Virus record (IMG/VR): IMGVR_UViG_3300023110_001943
Location: 77,497 to 141,496 of that record
From: a virus
DNA: 64,000 nucleotides
Reading direction: 5' to 3' (one strand)
Positions 11,361-20,788 of this stretch are shown here, in pieces; positions within the stretch are counted from its first letter, which is position 1, and every line of letters starts with the position of its first letter. A program made the position numbers and the translations under genes. Under the pieces are notes generated by a model. The model had not been told where the DNA came from, made no database searches, and saw only the letters and a list, made by a program, of their open reading frames with translations.

Positions 11361-11990
11361 ATGGCTTATTTAGATAATACCGAAATCACAGTAGATGCAA
11401 TTCTCACAAAGAAGGGTAGGGAGAAGTTAGCAGCTGGGCAAGGTTTAAACATCACAAAGTTTGCTTTGGGTGATGATGAAATTGATTATACCCTTTACGA
11501 ACCAGCACACCCAAAGGGAAGTGCTTATTATGATGCTTCTATTAAGGCAATACCTGTAACTGAAGCTTCACCAGATGAAACTCAAGTTTTAAGATATAAA
11601 TTAGTTACCTTACCTAAAGGTACAACTAAAATTCCTAAAGTTGAGTTTGGAGTCCCTTCAATTTCTACAACTCAAAATGGTGGACAGGTGAACTTATCAC
11701 CAACAACTTCACCAAGTGGTAATACACAAAGTGGATATACGGTAATTCTTGCTAACAAGAATGCTGGTTCAATCGTTGGTAGTGGATTAGCAGATGGAGC
11801 AGGAGGAACACCAACATTCTTAGGTGATGAATTAACTGCAACGGCAGCAGTTGAGACTGGATTAACATTCACATTTATCCCTAACCCAAATATTACAGCA
11901 ACAATTAAAACAACGATTACAGTATATGGTAACGAAACTGGTGGTTCACAATCTATTCCAGTAACAATTACTTATGTACAACCAACATAA
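11361..11990 (+). CDS. Tail/baseplate structural protein (N-terminus resembles tail-collar fibre family)
   Basis: 'ILTKKGREKLAAG...ITKFALGDDEIDY'; Thr/Gly-rich C-terminal beta-sandwich. Confidence 0.55.
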   Translation: MAYLDNTEITVDAILTKKGREKLAAGQGLNITKFALGDDEIDYTLYEPAHPKGSAYYDASIKAIPVTEASPDETQVLRYKLVTLPKGTTKIPKVEFGVPSISTTQNGGQVNLSPTTSPSGNTQSGYTVILANKNAGSIVGSGLADGAGGTPTFLGDELTATAAVETGLTFTFIPNPNITATIKTTITVYGNETGGSQSIPVTITYVQPT

Positions 11991-12010
11991 AAAACGGAGA
12001 ATAATATAAA

Positions 12011-13240
12011 ATGGCACAAATATCAGGACAGGCAGGAGCAAACTTAACCCAAGAGTTAGCCAATTATTTATCCGCTCAGCAGGGGAACTTAACATCGGAA
12101 CAAATTGCATCGATTGTTAACCAATATCTTGTAGGTGGTGATAAATTAGCAACTCAAGGTGCAAGTGTAACATCGGGCATCTATAAAAGATTTACAGAGT
12201 TCGACCAAATTAGTGGTAAAGTTGAAATCGTTACAACTGGTCTATGGAGTGGTGATACAGGAAGTTTAACTTCATTCTATACATCATCTACTCAGGCATC
12301 AGCAGCGAGTTCAGATTACTATGTTAATGTTTATAATGCAGACCCAGCAACGAATTCATCAGCAGCTGTACAATATGCTGTTGCTTATGGACACAAACAC
12401 GCAAGTGGTTCTGTTTCATTATCAAATTCAGATTCATCAACATTAGCAACAAAAGCAACTTATGCACAATATCGTTCAATTCTTTTAGACCAAGATGATG
12501 AATTATTTACATTCGTATCTTCTTCATCTGCAGGACTACATGATTCTTCAGATATCTATGTAATCAATGTATCACGTGCCAGATACAAAGAAAAAATGGA
12601 TGCTGGAAACTGGTCATTAGTACTTAGTGGTTCAACAGGAACACACACTTTCATTGATGATAGTGGTAAAAAATTCTCAGATAGAGTTGGTAAGGCCGGT
12701 AGAATCTTTAATGTAGGTAGTGGTTCATTAAACTTAGGTTCAGAATCAGAAGCAACTGTTAATTCATTAACTGCTTCAAATGGACAAGGATTCGGATTAT
12801 TTTATCCTGACCAGGGTTTAATCGTTTTAAATCCAGATGCAGTACATGATTTAATTGGAACATCAATTGATAGTGGTTCTAACGAAGGTGCATCTGTTTA
12901 TAGTGGTGTTAGTAGAGAAGGTCAAAACCATTTCTTATTACACAATGCAATTGTAGGTGGTGGAGATTTTGAGGCAAGAAGAACTGAAAATGTATCTACA
13001 CAACACTTCTTCGTAAGAGCAACTAACAGAGAATTTAACTTCTCTAACAACCCAACATTCGTAACAGGTTCAGATGGTTCTTTTGCAGAATCAACTTTTG
13101 AAAGAGACCCTAAAACATTTATTACAACCGTTGGTTTATATAATGATGCAAATGAAATGATTGCAGTAGCTAAAACTTCACAACCAATCCCTAAATCATT
13201 TGATAAAGAAATTTTAATTAAAGTTAAACTTGATTTCTAA
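12011..13240 (+). CDS. Tail/baseplate structural protein
   Basis: C-terminal 'EFNFSNNPTF...ITTVGLYNDANEMIAVAK..PIPK' shared with the 13321 paralog. Confidence 0.55.
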   Translation: MAQISGQAGANLTQELANYLSAQQGNLTSEQIASIVNQYLVGGDKLATQGASVTSGIYKRFTEFDQISGKVEIVTTGLWSGDTGSLTSFYTSSTQASAASSDYYVNVYNADPATNSSAAVQYAVAYGHKHASGSVSLSNSDSSTLATKATYAQYRSILLDQDDELFTFVSSSSAGLHDSSDIYVINVSRARYKEKMDAGNWSLVLSGSTGTHTFIDDSGKKFSDRVGKAGRIFNVGSGSLNLGSESEATVNSLTASNGQGFGLFYPDQGLIVLNPDAVHDLIGTSIDSGSNEGASVYSGVSREGQNHFLLHNAIVGGGDFEARRTENVSTQHFFVRATNREFNFSNNPTFVTGSDGSFAESTFERDPKTFITTVGLYNDANEMIAVAKTSQPIPKSFDKEILIKVKLDF

Positions 13241-13260
13241 AATATTTGAAATTTTAAAAT

Positions 13261-13290
13261 AAACCCCACTTCGAGTGGGGTTTTTTATTT
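13261..13290 (+). terminator. Rho-independent terminator
   Basis: AAACCCCACT-TCG-AGTGGGGTTT hairpin followed by a T-rich tail, 20 nt after the stop at 13240. Confidence 0.85.
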
Positions 13291-13294
13291 CAAC

Positions 13295-13304
13295 ATATTT
13301 ATAT
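13295..13304 (+). promoter_or_regulatory. ATATTTATAT putative late promoter
   Basis: Immediately after the terminator, where a new promoter is needed; 16 nt before ATG 13321. Confidence 0.65.
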
Positions 13305-13320
13305 AGAGGAATTACTGTAT

Positions 13321-14457
13321 ATGTTAAAGACAATACCAAAATCAAGTGTTAATAAAAGAGCTTTCCAAGTTTATAAACAATGGGAAGTTAATAACACGCA
13401 ACACGAAGTAATTTCTGCTTCTGTTGGTGAAGGATACTATGATATTGAATCCTCTGTTACTCAAAGTGGATTTGTTACTTCTTCACTATATCGTTCTATT
13501 AAATCAAAGTATTACAATCAAGAAGCAACTCTTACAAACGTATTTGGTACGATTTCTAATCCGTATAATATAGGTACTGAAAGAAATATTAGTGATACTG
13601 TATATGTAATTGCTATACCTCAAAATAAGTATGGTGAAGAAATAAAAAGAAATTCCATATCTTTAGAAGATACTGATAATAGTCTAACATATCAAGATGA
13701 TGGTTATGGTTCACTTGTATCTAATGTTCCTTTATATACTCTTGTATCTTTAGATTTTCAAACACAAGAAATTATTATTCAAGATAATGATTTAGAAATA
13801 TTTACAGGTACAATAAGTAGTTTCGATGTACAATCTGGACTAGCTACACTAACATTTGGTACAGATACCGATGTGGTTCAAGTAGTAAAACTTGATGCTC
13901 AAAATAACATTTTACAAACATCGATTCCACTTGATTTTGATGGATTAGAAATCGATGAACAAAAGTATGGTAATGTGTTTTATGATGATGGTTTATTAGT
14001 TTTCACAAACGCAACTCAATTTTCAAGTTATGTTTTAGATTTTAAATCAACTCAAACAATATATGAAACTGAAGTATTGATTAGTGTTAAAGCTGGAGAA
14101 TTTAATTATTCACAAAACCCATCCGCAGTACAAGTTACTTTAAGTGGTTCTTATGATTTTGAAACAACTGGTTTACAAAATAAAATTGTAGGTGGAACTA
14201 AAAAAATTAAAGAAGTACTTGATATAAAACGAAGAGAATTCTTTAGTGGTAGTATTGACCATAGTGTTAGTGGTTCTTGGGATGATTACTTTACATCTGC
14301 CTCAATAGACCCAACAGGTTCTTACTTAACAACTTATATTACAACAATTGGTTTATATGATAATGATGGCGATATGTTAGCAATTGCTAAATTACCCAAA
14401 CCTATTAAGAATTTACCAGATTATGATGTGAACTTTATTGTTCGTTTCGATACTTAA
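13321..14457 (+). CDS. Tail/baseplate structural protein, paralog of 12011
   Basis: 'EFNYSQNPS...YITTIGLYDNDGDMLAIAKLPKPIK'. Confidence 0.55.
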   Translation: MLKTIPKSSVNKRAFQVYKQWEVNNTQHEVISASVGEGYYDIESSVTQSGFVTSSLYRSIKSKYYNQEATLTNVFGTISNPYNIGTERNISDTVYVIAIPQNKYGEEIKRNSISLEDTDNSLTYQDDGYGSLVSNVPLYTLVSLDFQTQEIIIQDNDLEIFTGTISSFDVQSGLATLTFGTDTDVVQVVKLDAQNNILQTSIPLDFDGLEIDEQKYGNVFYDDGLLVFTNATQFSSYVLDFKSTQTIYETEVLISVKAGEFNYSQNPSAVQVTLSGSYDFETTGLQNKIVGGTKKIKEVLDIKRREFFSGSIDHSVSGSWDDYFTSASIDPTGSYLTTYITTIGLYDNDGDMLAIAKLPKPIKNLPDYDVNFIVRFDT

Positions 14458-14460
14458 ATT

Positions 14461-14470
14461 ATATTTATAT
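14461..14470 (+). promoter_or_regulatory. ATATTTATAT putative late promoter
   Basis: Intergenic; followed by AAGGAG and ATG 14490. Confidence 0.6.
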
Positions 14471-14489
14471 TATACAAAGGAGATAAATT

Positions 14490-14672
14490 ATGGCTTCAAT
14501 TGAAGAATTATACAACAAATCAGAATTTTCAAAATTAGCAGATAAGAGTAAAGATAAAACTCCTATCTCTGCTGATAATACAAACAAACTTCACAAAGAT
14601 GAAAAAGCACTTGCAACAGCAAGAGGTGGAAAATTAAATCAGAAAAAATATTCTGATTCGGTATCACGATAA
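14490..14672 (+). CDS. Small hypothetical protein
   Basis: 60 aa with AAGGAG RBS and promoter motif upstream. Confidence 0.6.
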   Translation: MASIEELYNKSEFSKLADKSKDKTPISADNTNKLHKDEKALATARGGKLNQKKYSDSVSR

Positions 14673-14682
14673 AATTTTTATT

Positions 14683-15255
14683 TTGAGTTTACTTAAAAAT
14701 TGTGCTCAGAAATGGGCATTTATTCATATTCCTAAAACAGGTGGAACTTCCATAAGTTCTGTCCTTCACGAAATAGACGGGACAGAAAAAGTTACAATGC
14801 ACGATTCTGTTCGTGCTTTAGATGAGGTTAAGGATTACTTTATTTTTACATTTGTAAGAAATCCTTTCACACGATTACAATCAGCTTACCAACATGGTGT
14901 GAGAAAAAATGAATACACAACATCCTTTTCAGAATTTTTAAAATCAGATTTATCATCTAATATTTGGATGATGCCTCAATATTATTTTGTTACTGCTGGT
15001 TCTTCTGAAAATAAAAAAGTTTCATTTATAGGAAAATATGAAAATTTAAAAGAAGATACTTTAAAAATATTTAAAAAACTCAATATAGATAAACAGTTAC
15101 CTCATCTAAATAACAATCCTATTTACGAAAGACATCCAGGTTTAAAACAAGAAGATTATTATAAATCTTTTTATACCGAAGAGTGGATGAAGGATTGGGT
15201 AAGAGAAAGGTATGAAAATGATTTCAAAATTTTTAACTATGACATGGACATATAA
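14683..15255 (+). CDS. Sulfotransferase family 2 (carbohydrate sulfotransferase-like)
   Basis: 5'-PSB loop 'FIHIPKTGGTSI', 3'-PB 'FTFVRNPFTRLQS', 'FIGKYENL', 'Y.NDFKIFNY'. Confidence 0.85.
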   Translation: MSLLKNCAQKWAFIHIPKTGGTSISSVLHEIDGTEKVTMHDSVRALDEVKDYFIFTFVRNPFTRLQSAYQHGVRKNEYTTSFSEFLKSDLSSNIWMMPQYYFVTAGSSENKKVSFIGKYENLKEDTLKIFKKLNIDKQLPHLNNNPIYERHPGLKQEDYYKSFYTEEWMKDWVRERYENDFKIFNYDMDI

Positions 15256-15709
15256 AGGAAAACTAATAACTGAATTATCAGATATGCCCGAAGATGTATT
15301 TGGGTTTATTTACAAAATAACAAATGGTAAAACTGATGAATACTATATTGGTAAAAAACAAGTAGTTTCGGTTCGTAAAAGAAATTTCGGTAAAAAAGAA
15401 ATTGCTGCTCTTGAAGATAAGAGAATGAAAAAATACGAAATGGTTACCAAAGAATCGGATTGGAAAACATATCGTTCGTCCAATAAAGAAGTAAAGGGTT
15501 GGTTTGATGAAAACGAAAAAGCTCTTAATGAAGATAGAAGAGATGATATCAATAATCAACTTAAATTAGAAATACTTCGTTTCTGTTCAAATAAAAAATC
15601 ACTCACATACTATGAACTACAAGAACAGTTTGCACATAACGTTCTTGCAGATGAAGATTCACTAAACGATAATCTTCTTGGAAAGTTTTTCAGAAAAGAC
15701 TTGGAATAG
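15239..15709 (+). CDS. GIY-YIG family nuclease (T4 DenA/EndoII-like)
   Basis: 'FGFIYKITNGKTDEYYIGKK', 'WKTYRSS', 'YYE', 'LNDN'. Start placed at MTWTY rather than 15212. Confidence 0.7.
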   Translation: MTWTYKGKLITELSDMPEDVFGFIYKITNGKTDEYYIGKKQVVSVRKRNFGKKEIAALEDKRMKKYEMVTKESDWKTYRSSNKEVKGWFDENEKALNEDRRDDINNQLKLEILRFCSNKKSLTYYELQEQFAHNVLADEDSLNDNLLGKFFRKDLE

Positions 15710-15749
15710 TTAAATTTTTTTTGTATATTATTGTATAAGGTATATTGTA

Positions 15750-16403
15750 ATGAAAAGTAAAATTTGGTTTTTTGGTGATAGTGTAACTAAGGGGGTTGGT
15801 TGTTTAAAAGGAGACCCATATTATCAAGAAGATAAAAAAATATTTACACAAATAGTAGCTGATAAATTAAACATGGTGGTTAAAGATGTATCTATTGGTG
15901 GTGCATCTACCGATTGGATACTTCATCAAATTTTAGTTTCTATTAAGTATATGAAACCGCATGATATTGTAGTTGTATCCAATACACTACCTTGGGGTAC
16001 TATTATGTTTAATAATGAAAAAGATAAATTATTATCAATTAATGATTTATGGATAGCCAATAATGATTTTTTATATAACAGTAAAGAAGAAAAAGATATC
16101 ATTTTCCAATTCTCAAATTTAAAAAGAAAATACAAAAAAGCTTTTTATGAAAAATTCGAAAAAGAAATAGATGCATTAAAACCAATATTAAAAAAATTTG
16201 GAGTAGAGTTATATCAATGGGATATTAGAATTTGGTTTGATGATGAAAATTTAAAACCTTATGATACTGAATATGAAAGTATAATGAAAGTTACAAATGA
16301 AAAAATAAAAGATGGACATTTTTCATATGGTGCTCATGAAAAAATAGCTCAACATATACTAAACAAGATTGAGATTAGTAAAAAAGATAAAACTTTTATA
16401 TAA
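15750..16403 (+). CDS. SGNH/GDSL hydrolase-like protein
   Basis: 'WFFGDSVT', 'GGAS', 'DGHF..GAHEKIA'. Confidence 0.7.
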   Translation: MKSKIWFFGDSVTKGVGCLKGDPYYQEDKKIFTQIVADKLNMVVKDVSIGGASTDWILHQILVSIKYMKPHDIVVVSNTLPWGTIMFNNEKDKLLSINDLWIANNDFLYNSKEEKDIIFQFSNLKRKYKKAFYEKFEKEIDALKPILKKFGVELYQWDIRIWFDDENLKPYDTEYESIMKVTNEKIKDGHFSYGAHEKIAQHILNKIEISKKDKTFI

Positions 16404-16407
16404 AATA

Positions 16408-16439
16408 TTTGGCTATATCAAAAATATTTCGTATATTTG
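16408..16439 (+). promoter_or_regulatory. Bacteroidota sigma-A-type promoter (-33 TTTG / -7 TAnnTTTG)
   Basis: TTTG at 16408-16411, 20-nt spacer, TATATTTG at 16432-16439; 20 nt before the primase ATG. Confidence 0.75.
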
Positions 16440-16459
16440 TATCAGTTTAAAAGCAAAGT

Positions 16460-17404
16460 ATGCTATCACACCACGAAAAGCAATCGGTTATAAACATCTT
16501 AGATGATGTATTAGGACCTGGTACATCTTTAAAAGGGGATGAACAAGCACATTATTGTCCTTTTTGTCATCACCACAAAAAGAAGTTACAAGTAAATCTA
16601 CAAACTCAACAATGGCATTGTTGGGTATGTGATGCTAAAGGAAAACGCATCCAACGGTTATTAAAAAGATTGCATGTAGATTCTCGAAAGTTAAAAAAGA
16701 TATACGAAATCTATGGTGATGATTATGTTGTATATAGTAACAATACCGAAGATGAAAAGGTAGAGTTAAGGTTACCTAACGAGTTTTGTTCACTACTAAA
16801 AGAACCAAAGGGAAAAATAAACCCTCTGTTCAGAAAGGTAATGGAATATGCAAAACAAAGAGGAATTACCACAGAAGATATTAGAAGATATAATATCGGG
16901 TATTGTGATACTGGTCATTATGCCAATCGTATTATTATTCCATCTTATGATTCTGATAATCGACTCAATTACTTCATCGCACGTTCTGTATTCGATGAGG
17001 AAAAATTTAAGTATAAGAATCCGCCGGTTTCGAAAAATGTTATCATGTTTGAAAACCAAATAAATTGGAATGAACCAATTACCTTAGTAGAGGGAGTTTT
17101 TGATGCAATGGCAGTGAAGAGAAATGCAATCCCTCTACTTGGTAAGTTTGTACCAAAAACTTTAAATGATACTATATATAAAAAGGGTGTTAAGAGTATA
17201 AACATTTTACTCGATGAAGATGCTCAAGAACAAGCGTTATATTACACTATGCAATTCCAAAATCAAGGAATCACTACAAAAAATATTAAACCATCTGAAA
17301 AAGATGCTGGTGAAATGGGGTTCTCCCAAGTAAATAAAATTCTAAAAAATACAGAAGAAACTAACTTTAGTGATATAATATCGCAAAAATTATTAGGTTT
17401 ATGA
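16460..17404 (+). CDS. dnaG: DNA primase (Zn finger + TOPRIM)
   Basis: 'CPFC...HCWVC', 'RIIIP', 'KYKNP', 'LVEGVFDA', 'LLDED'. Confidence 0.9.
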   Translation: MLSHHEKQSVINILDDVLGPGTSLKGDEQAHYCPFCHHHKKKLQVNLQTQQWHCWVCDAKGKRIQRLLKRLHVDSRKLKKIYEIYGDDYVVYSNNTEDEKVELRLPNEFCSLLKEPKGKINPLFRKVMEYAKQRGITTEDIRRYNIGYCDTGHYANRIIIPSYDSDNRLNYFIARSVFDEEKFKYKNPPVSKNVIMFENQINWNEPITLVEGVFDAMAVKRNAIPLLGKFVPKTLNDTIYKKGVKSINILLDEDAQEQALYYTMQFQNQGITTKNIKPSEKDAGEMGFSQVNKILKNTEETNFSDIISQKLLGL

Positions 17405-20400
17405 TAATAAACAAAGTTTATCATTTGGCAGATTTACATATTAGAAATCTCCAAAGACACAAAGAATACAAATTAGTATTTAAAAAATTCTTAAAACAAG
17501 TAAAAGAAGATAAAATCGAGGATTCCCTCATTTATATTGCTGGTGATATTGCTCACGCAAAAACAGAGATGTCACCCGAACTCGTACACGAAATAAGTTG
17601 GTTTCTCACCGAGTGTGCGAAGTTAAGAGAAACTGTGTTAATCACAGGTAACCACGATTGTAACTTAAACAACTCACATAGATTAGATGTTCTTACTCCG
17701 ATTATTGAAAATCTTGGAAATAATCGTATTCACTATCTTAGAGATACTGGTGTCTATAATATCCATAATCTTACTTTCGTTGTCTATTCTATATTGGATG
17801 ATAAAGAAAACTGGCCAAATGGTAATGATGTAGAGGGAGAAAATAAAATTGTTTTATTTCATGGACCAGTAAACAAAGCACAAACTGATATTGGTTATAC
17901 CGTTTCATCTAACTCATTTCAAGTGGGTATGTTTGATGGATTCGATATGGCCATGTTGGGTGATATACATAAAAGACAAACATTTGGTGAAGGATATGAG
18001 TGGGTTGCCTATGCAGGTTCAATGATTCAACAGAATCATGGAGAACTGCTTGAAAACCATGGTTACTTGCTTTGGGATATACCCACTCGAACCTTTACCG
18101 AACATCATATACATAATGATTATGGATTCTTAACTGTTGATGTGGTTGATGGTAAGATTCCAAAATGGGTGTATGATGAAGTTGGTACTAAACTTCCAAA
18201 GTATCCAAGATTAAGATTGAGATTTACTAATACCGAAGCAAGTGATATGAAACGATGTATCACAGAACTAAAGAAGTTATTCAAAGTTGCTGAAGTTACG
18301 GTAACAAGAACCGATACAATCGGACAACTAAAAACAAATAAAAAGGTAAACAAAAACATAGTTGGTGATGTTAAAAATGAAACCTTCCAAAACTCACTTA
18401 TTAGAGATTACTTAGAAAGACAATACCTATTAGAATCAGATGAATTAGATAAGATAGAAGAAATCAATACAGAACTAAATGGACAAATAGATACATCGGA
18501 TATTGCCGGTAATATTTTATGGACACCAAAATCTTTTGAGTTCTCTAATATGTTCTCGTATGGTGAAGGTAATTTAATCCGATTTGATAAAGCACAAGGT
18601 ATCATGGGTATCTTTGCTCCTAATGCTTCAGGTAAATCTTCTATGTGGGATGCACTCTCTTTTTGTATCTACGATAAGACATCTCGTACAACCTTTGCTA
18701 AGAATGTTTTAAACAATCGTAAGGATAAGTTCTATTGTAAGTTTAACTTCGAGATAGATGGGGTAGATTACTTTATTGAGAGAAGAGCTAAGTATGTTAG
18801 AAAAGGAACATCGGTTAAAGTAGATGTAGATTTTTGGAAAGAAGATGGTGGAGTTATAGAATCACTTAATGGAGAACAAAGAAAAGATACAAATAAGAAT
18901 ATCGAAAAGTTCTTAGGTAAGTTTGAAGATTTTGTTTTAACTGCTCTTTCCCTACAAGGAAACAATGCACTCTTTATTGATAAATCACAATCAGAAAGAA
19001 AAGAAATACTTTCTCAATTTATTGGAGTAGATATTTTTGATAAATTATATCAAAAGGCTGCAGATGAGAATCGAGATAATGCAACACTTATCAGAAAATT
19101 CAAGTCCGATGATTTTACTCAGAAGTTGGCCGACATTAGTGAACAATTAAAAACCGACAAAAACGAATACAAACTTTTAGAGTTAAATCAAAAATCTTTA
19201 AAAGAAGAAGAGGATTTACTAAATAGACAAATCATTAAATTAAACGAGAAAATCGTAAAGTTAAATGCTGATAGTGGTGTTTCAATAGAAGAATTAGAAA
19301 AAAGATTGAAAAACCTTGAAACCAAAAAAGAAGAACTCTTAATAACAAAAGGCTCGGTTCAAGAAAGAATCACATTTAGAGAGGAATTACAAATCACTTT
19401 AGATGAAATACTTGACCAATTTGATGAAGAAGATTTAGAAGAGGGGATTGGTAAGTTAAAAGATGCAAAGGAAAAGTTAAGAGATGTAGAATCTTCTATC
19501 GATAAAATCAATATTAAAAAAGATTCTTTGTATGAAAGAAAAGACCATTTAGATAAACACAAATATAATGAAGAATGTGATATCTGTATGGAAAACTCAC
19601 AAACTATTTTAGAAGAAAAAGAAAAGGTAGAATCAGAAATATCAGAGTATGAAGATTTGTTTCAAGAAAATGATAAGATTCGTTTATCTTTAATGTTATT
19701 GATAGATTCATTAAAGGGGTATGAAGATGAGTGGAGTAAATATCAAGAAGCAAAAGAAAAAGAAGATAAACTTGATAGAGAAATTTCTCAACTTATCAAC
19801 AAGTTATCAACAACTGAAACTGAAGAAATTCGTTTAAGTACACAAATTGACCAACAAGAGAAGTTAATCGAAGAATATTACAAGAACGAAGAACAAATCA
19901 AGATAAATAAACAAATCAGAGAAGAGATTACAGGTGTTCGTGATAAACTCAAAATTGTTAAAGATGATTTAAAATCTGTTAATGGTGATATTCTTAAATT
20001 AAATGGAAAAGTTTCAGCACTTCAAAATCAAAAAGAAACCATTGAAGATAGAATCCAAGAAGTAAAAGAATTAGAAGAACAATCTAAACTATTTGATTTT
20101 TATTTGAATGCACTTTCTAAAGATGGTGTATCGTATGAGTTAATCGAGAAATCCCTACCAATGATTGAAGGTGAGGTGAATAATATCTTAGCACAAATCG
20201 TAGAGTTTGGAATGCAATTAGAGATTGATGGTAAGAACATCAATGCGTATCTTGTATATGGAGACCAGAGATGGTCTTTAGAGATGTGTAGTGGTATGGA
20301 GAGATTTATTAGTGGTTTAGCCATTAGAGTTGCTCTAATCAATGTATGTAACCTACCACGACCTAACTTCCTTGTGATAGATGAAGGATTTGGTACTTTG

Positions 20401-20559
20401 GATAGTGAAAACCTACAATCTTTATTTATGTTGTTTACATACCTTAAAACTCAGTTTGATTTTGTTATGGTAATATCACACATCGATTCTATGAGAGATG
20501 TTGTAGATGGTCTTATTGAGATAAAGAAAATAAATGGATTCTCAAATGTTAAGTTTTAA
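17401..20559 (+). CDS. Fused recombination nuclease-ATPase (SbcD-SbcC / Mre11-Rad50 / gp47-gp46)
   Basis: Metallophosphoesterase 'ADLH', 'GD', 'GNHD', 'GDIH'; Walker A 'APNASGKSS'; coiled coil with 'CDIC' hook; signature 'CSGMERF'; Walker B 'LVIDEGFG'; 'ISH'. Confidence 0.9.
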   Translation: MIINKVYHLADLHIRNLQRHKEYKLVFKKFLKQVKEDKIEDSLIYIAGDIAHAKTEMSPELVHEISWFLTECAKLRETVLITGNHDCNLNNSHRLDVLTPIIENLGNNRIHYLRDTGVYNIHNLTFVVYSILDDKENWPNGNDVEGENKIVLFHGPVNKAQTDIGYTVSSNSFQVGMFDGFDMAMLGDIHKRQTFGEGYEWVAYAGSMIQQNHGELLENHGYLLWDIPTRTFTEHHIHNDYGFLTVDVVDGKIPKWVYDEVGTKLPKYPRLRLRFTNTEASDMKRCITELKKLFKVAEVTVTRTDTIGQLKTNKKVNKNIVGDVKNETFQNSLIRDYLERQYLLESDELDKIEEINTELNGQIDTSDIAGNILWTPKSFEFSNMFSYGEGNLIRFDKAQGIMGIFAPNASGKSSMWDALSFCIYDKTSRTTFAKNVLNNRKDKFYCKFNFEIDGVDYFIERRAKYVRKGTSVKVDVDFWKEDGGVIESLNGEQRKDTNKNIEKFLGKFEDFVLTALSLQGNNALFIDKSQSERKEILSQFIGVDIFDKLYQKAADENRDNATLIRKFKSDDFTQKLADISEQLKTDKNEYKLLELNQKSLKEEEDLLNRQIIKLNEKIVKLNADSGVSIEELEKRLKNLETKKEELLITKGSVQERITFREELQITLDEILDQFDEEDLEEGIGKLKDAKEKLRDVESSIDKINIKKDSLYERKDHLDKHKYNEECDICMENSQTILEEKEKVESEISEYEDLFQENDKIRLSLMLLIDSLKGYEDEWSKYQEAKEKEDKLDREISQLINKLSTTETEEIRLSTQIDQQEKLIEEYYKNEEQIKINKQIREEITGVRDKLKIVKDDLKSVNGDILKLNGKVSALQNQKETIEDRIQEVKELEEQSKLFDFYLNALSKDGVSYELIEKSLPMIEGEVNNILAQIVEFGMQLEIDGKNINAYLVYGDQRWSLEMCSGMERFISGLAIRVALINVCNLPRPNFLVIDEGFGTLDSENLQSLFMLFTYLKTQFDFVMVISHIDSMRDVVDGLIEIKKINGFSNVKF

Positions 20560-20710
20560 CCCTTAAAACATTCTGAGGTTTAGGCTGTTCAATTCTTTGT
20601 TTAATTAATCGTTCAATCAACCCACTTTTCGAATATCCATGTTCACAGCAATACTCGTGTAGTTCTTTATACAATTCTCTTTTTATTTGTATTGTAGTAT
20701 ATTTTCCCAT
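20549..20710 (-). CDS. Ribbon-helix-helix DNA-binding protein (53 aa, not in ORF track)
   Basis: Manual translation MGKYTTIQIKRELYKELHEYCCEHGYSKSGLIERLIKQRIEQPKPQNVLRVKT: alternating beta strand, helix, G-x-S turn, helix. Fills the gap between nuclease and tail fibre. Confidence 0.7.
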   Translation of the reverse strand: MGKYTTIQIKRELYKELHEYCCEHGYSKSGLIERLIKQRIEQPKPQNVLRVKT

Positions 20711-20712
20711 AG

Positions 20713-20788
20713 TATATAGATTTCTATATAATATATATTAACAAAAAAAAGTTTAATATATTTATATTAGTAATTGGGAAATCTATAT
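20713..20788. promoter_or_regulatory. Divergent control region with palindrome, 11-bp inverted repeat and ATATTTATAT (20758-20767)
   Basis: TATATAGA-TT-TCTATATA at 20713-20730; ATATAGATTTC (20714-20724) is the reverse complement of GAAATCTATAT (20778-20788). Confidence 0.55.

Noticed and set aside
15239-15709. Mobile homing endonuclease
   Set aside because: No C-terminal DNA-binding repeats and no interrupted host gene; resembles the stand-alone DenA-like family.
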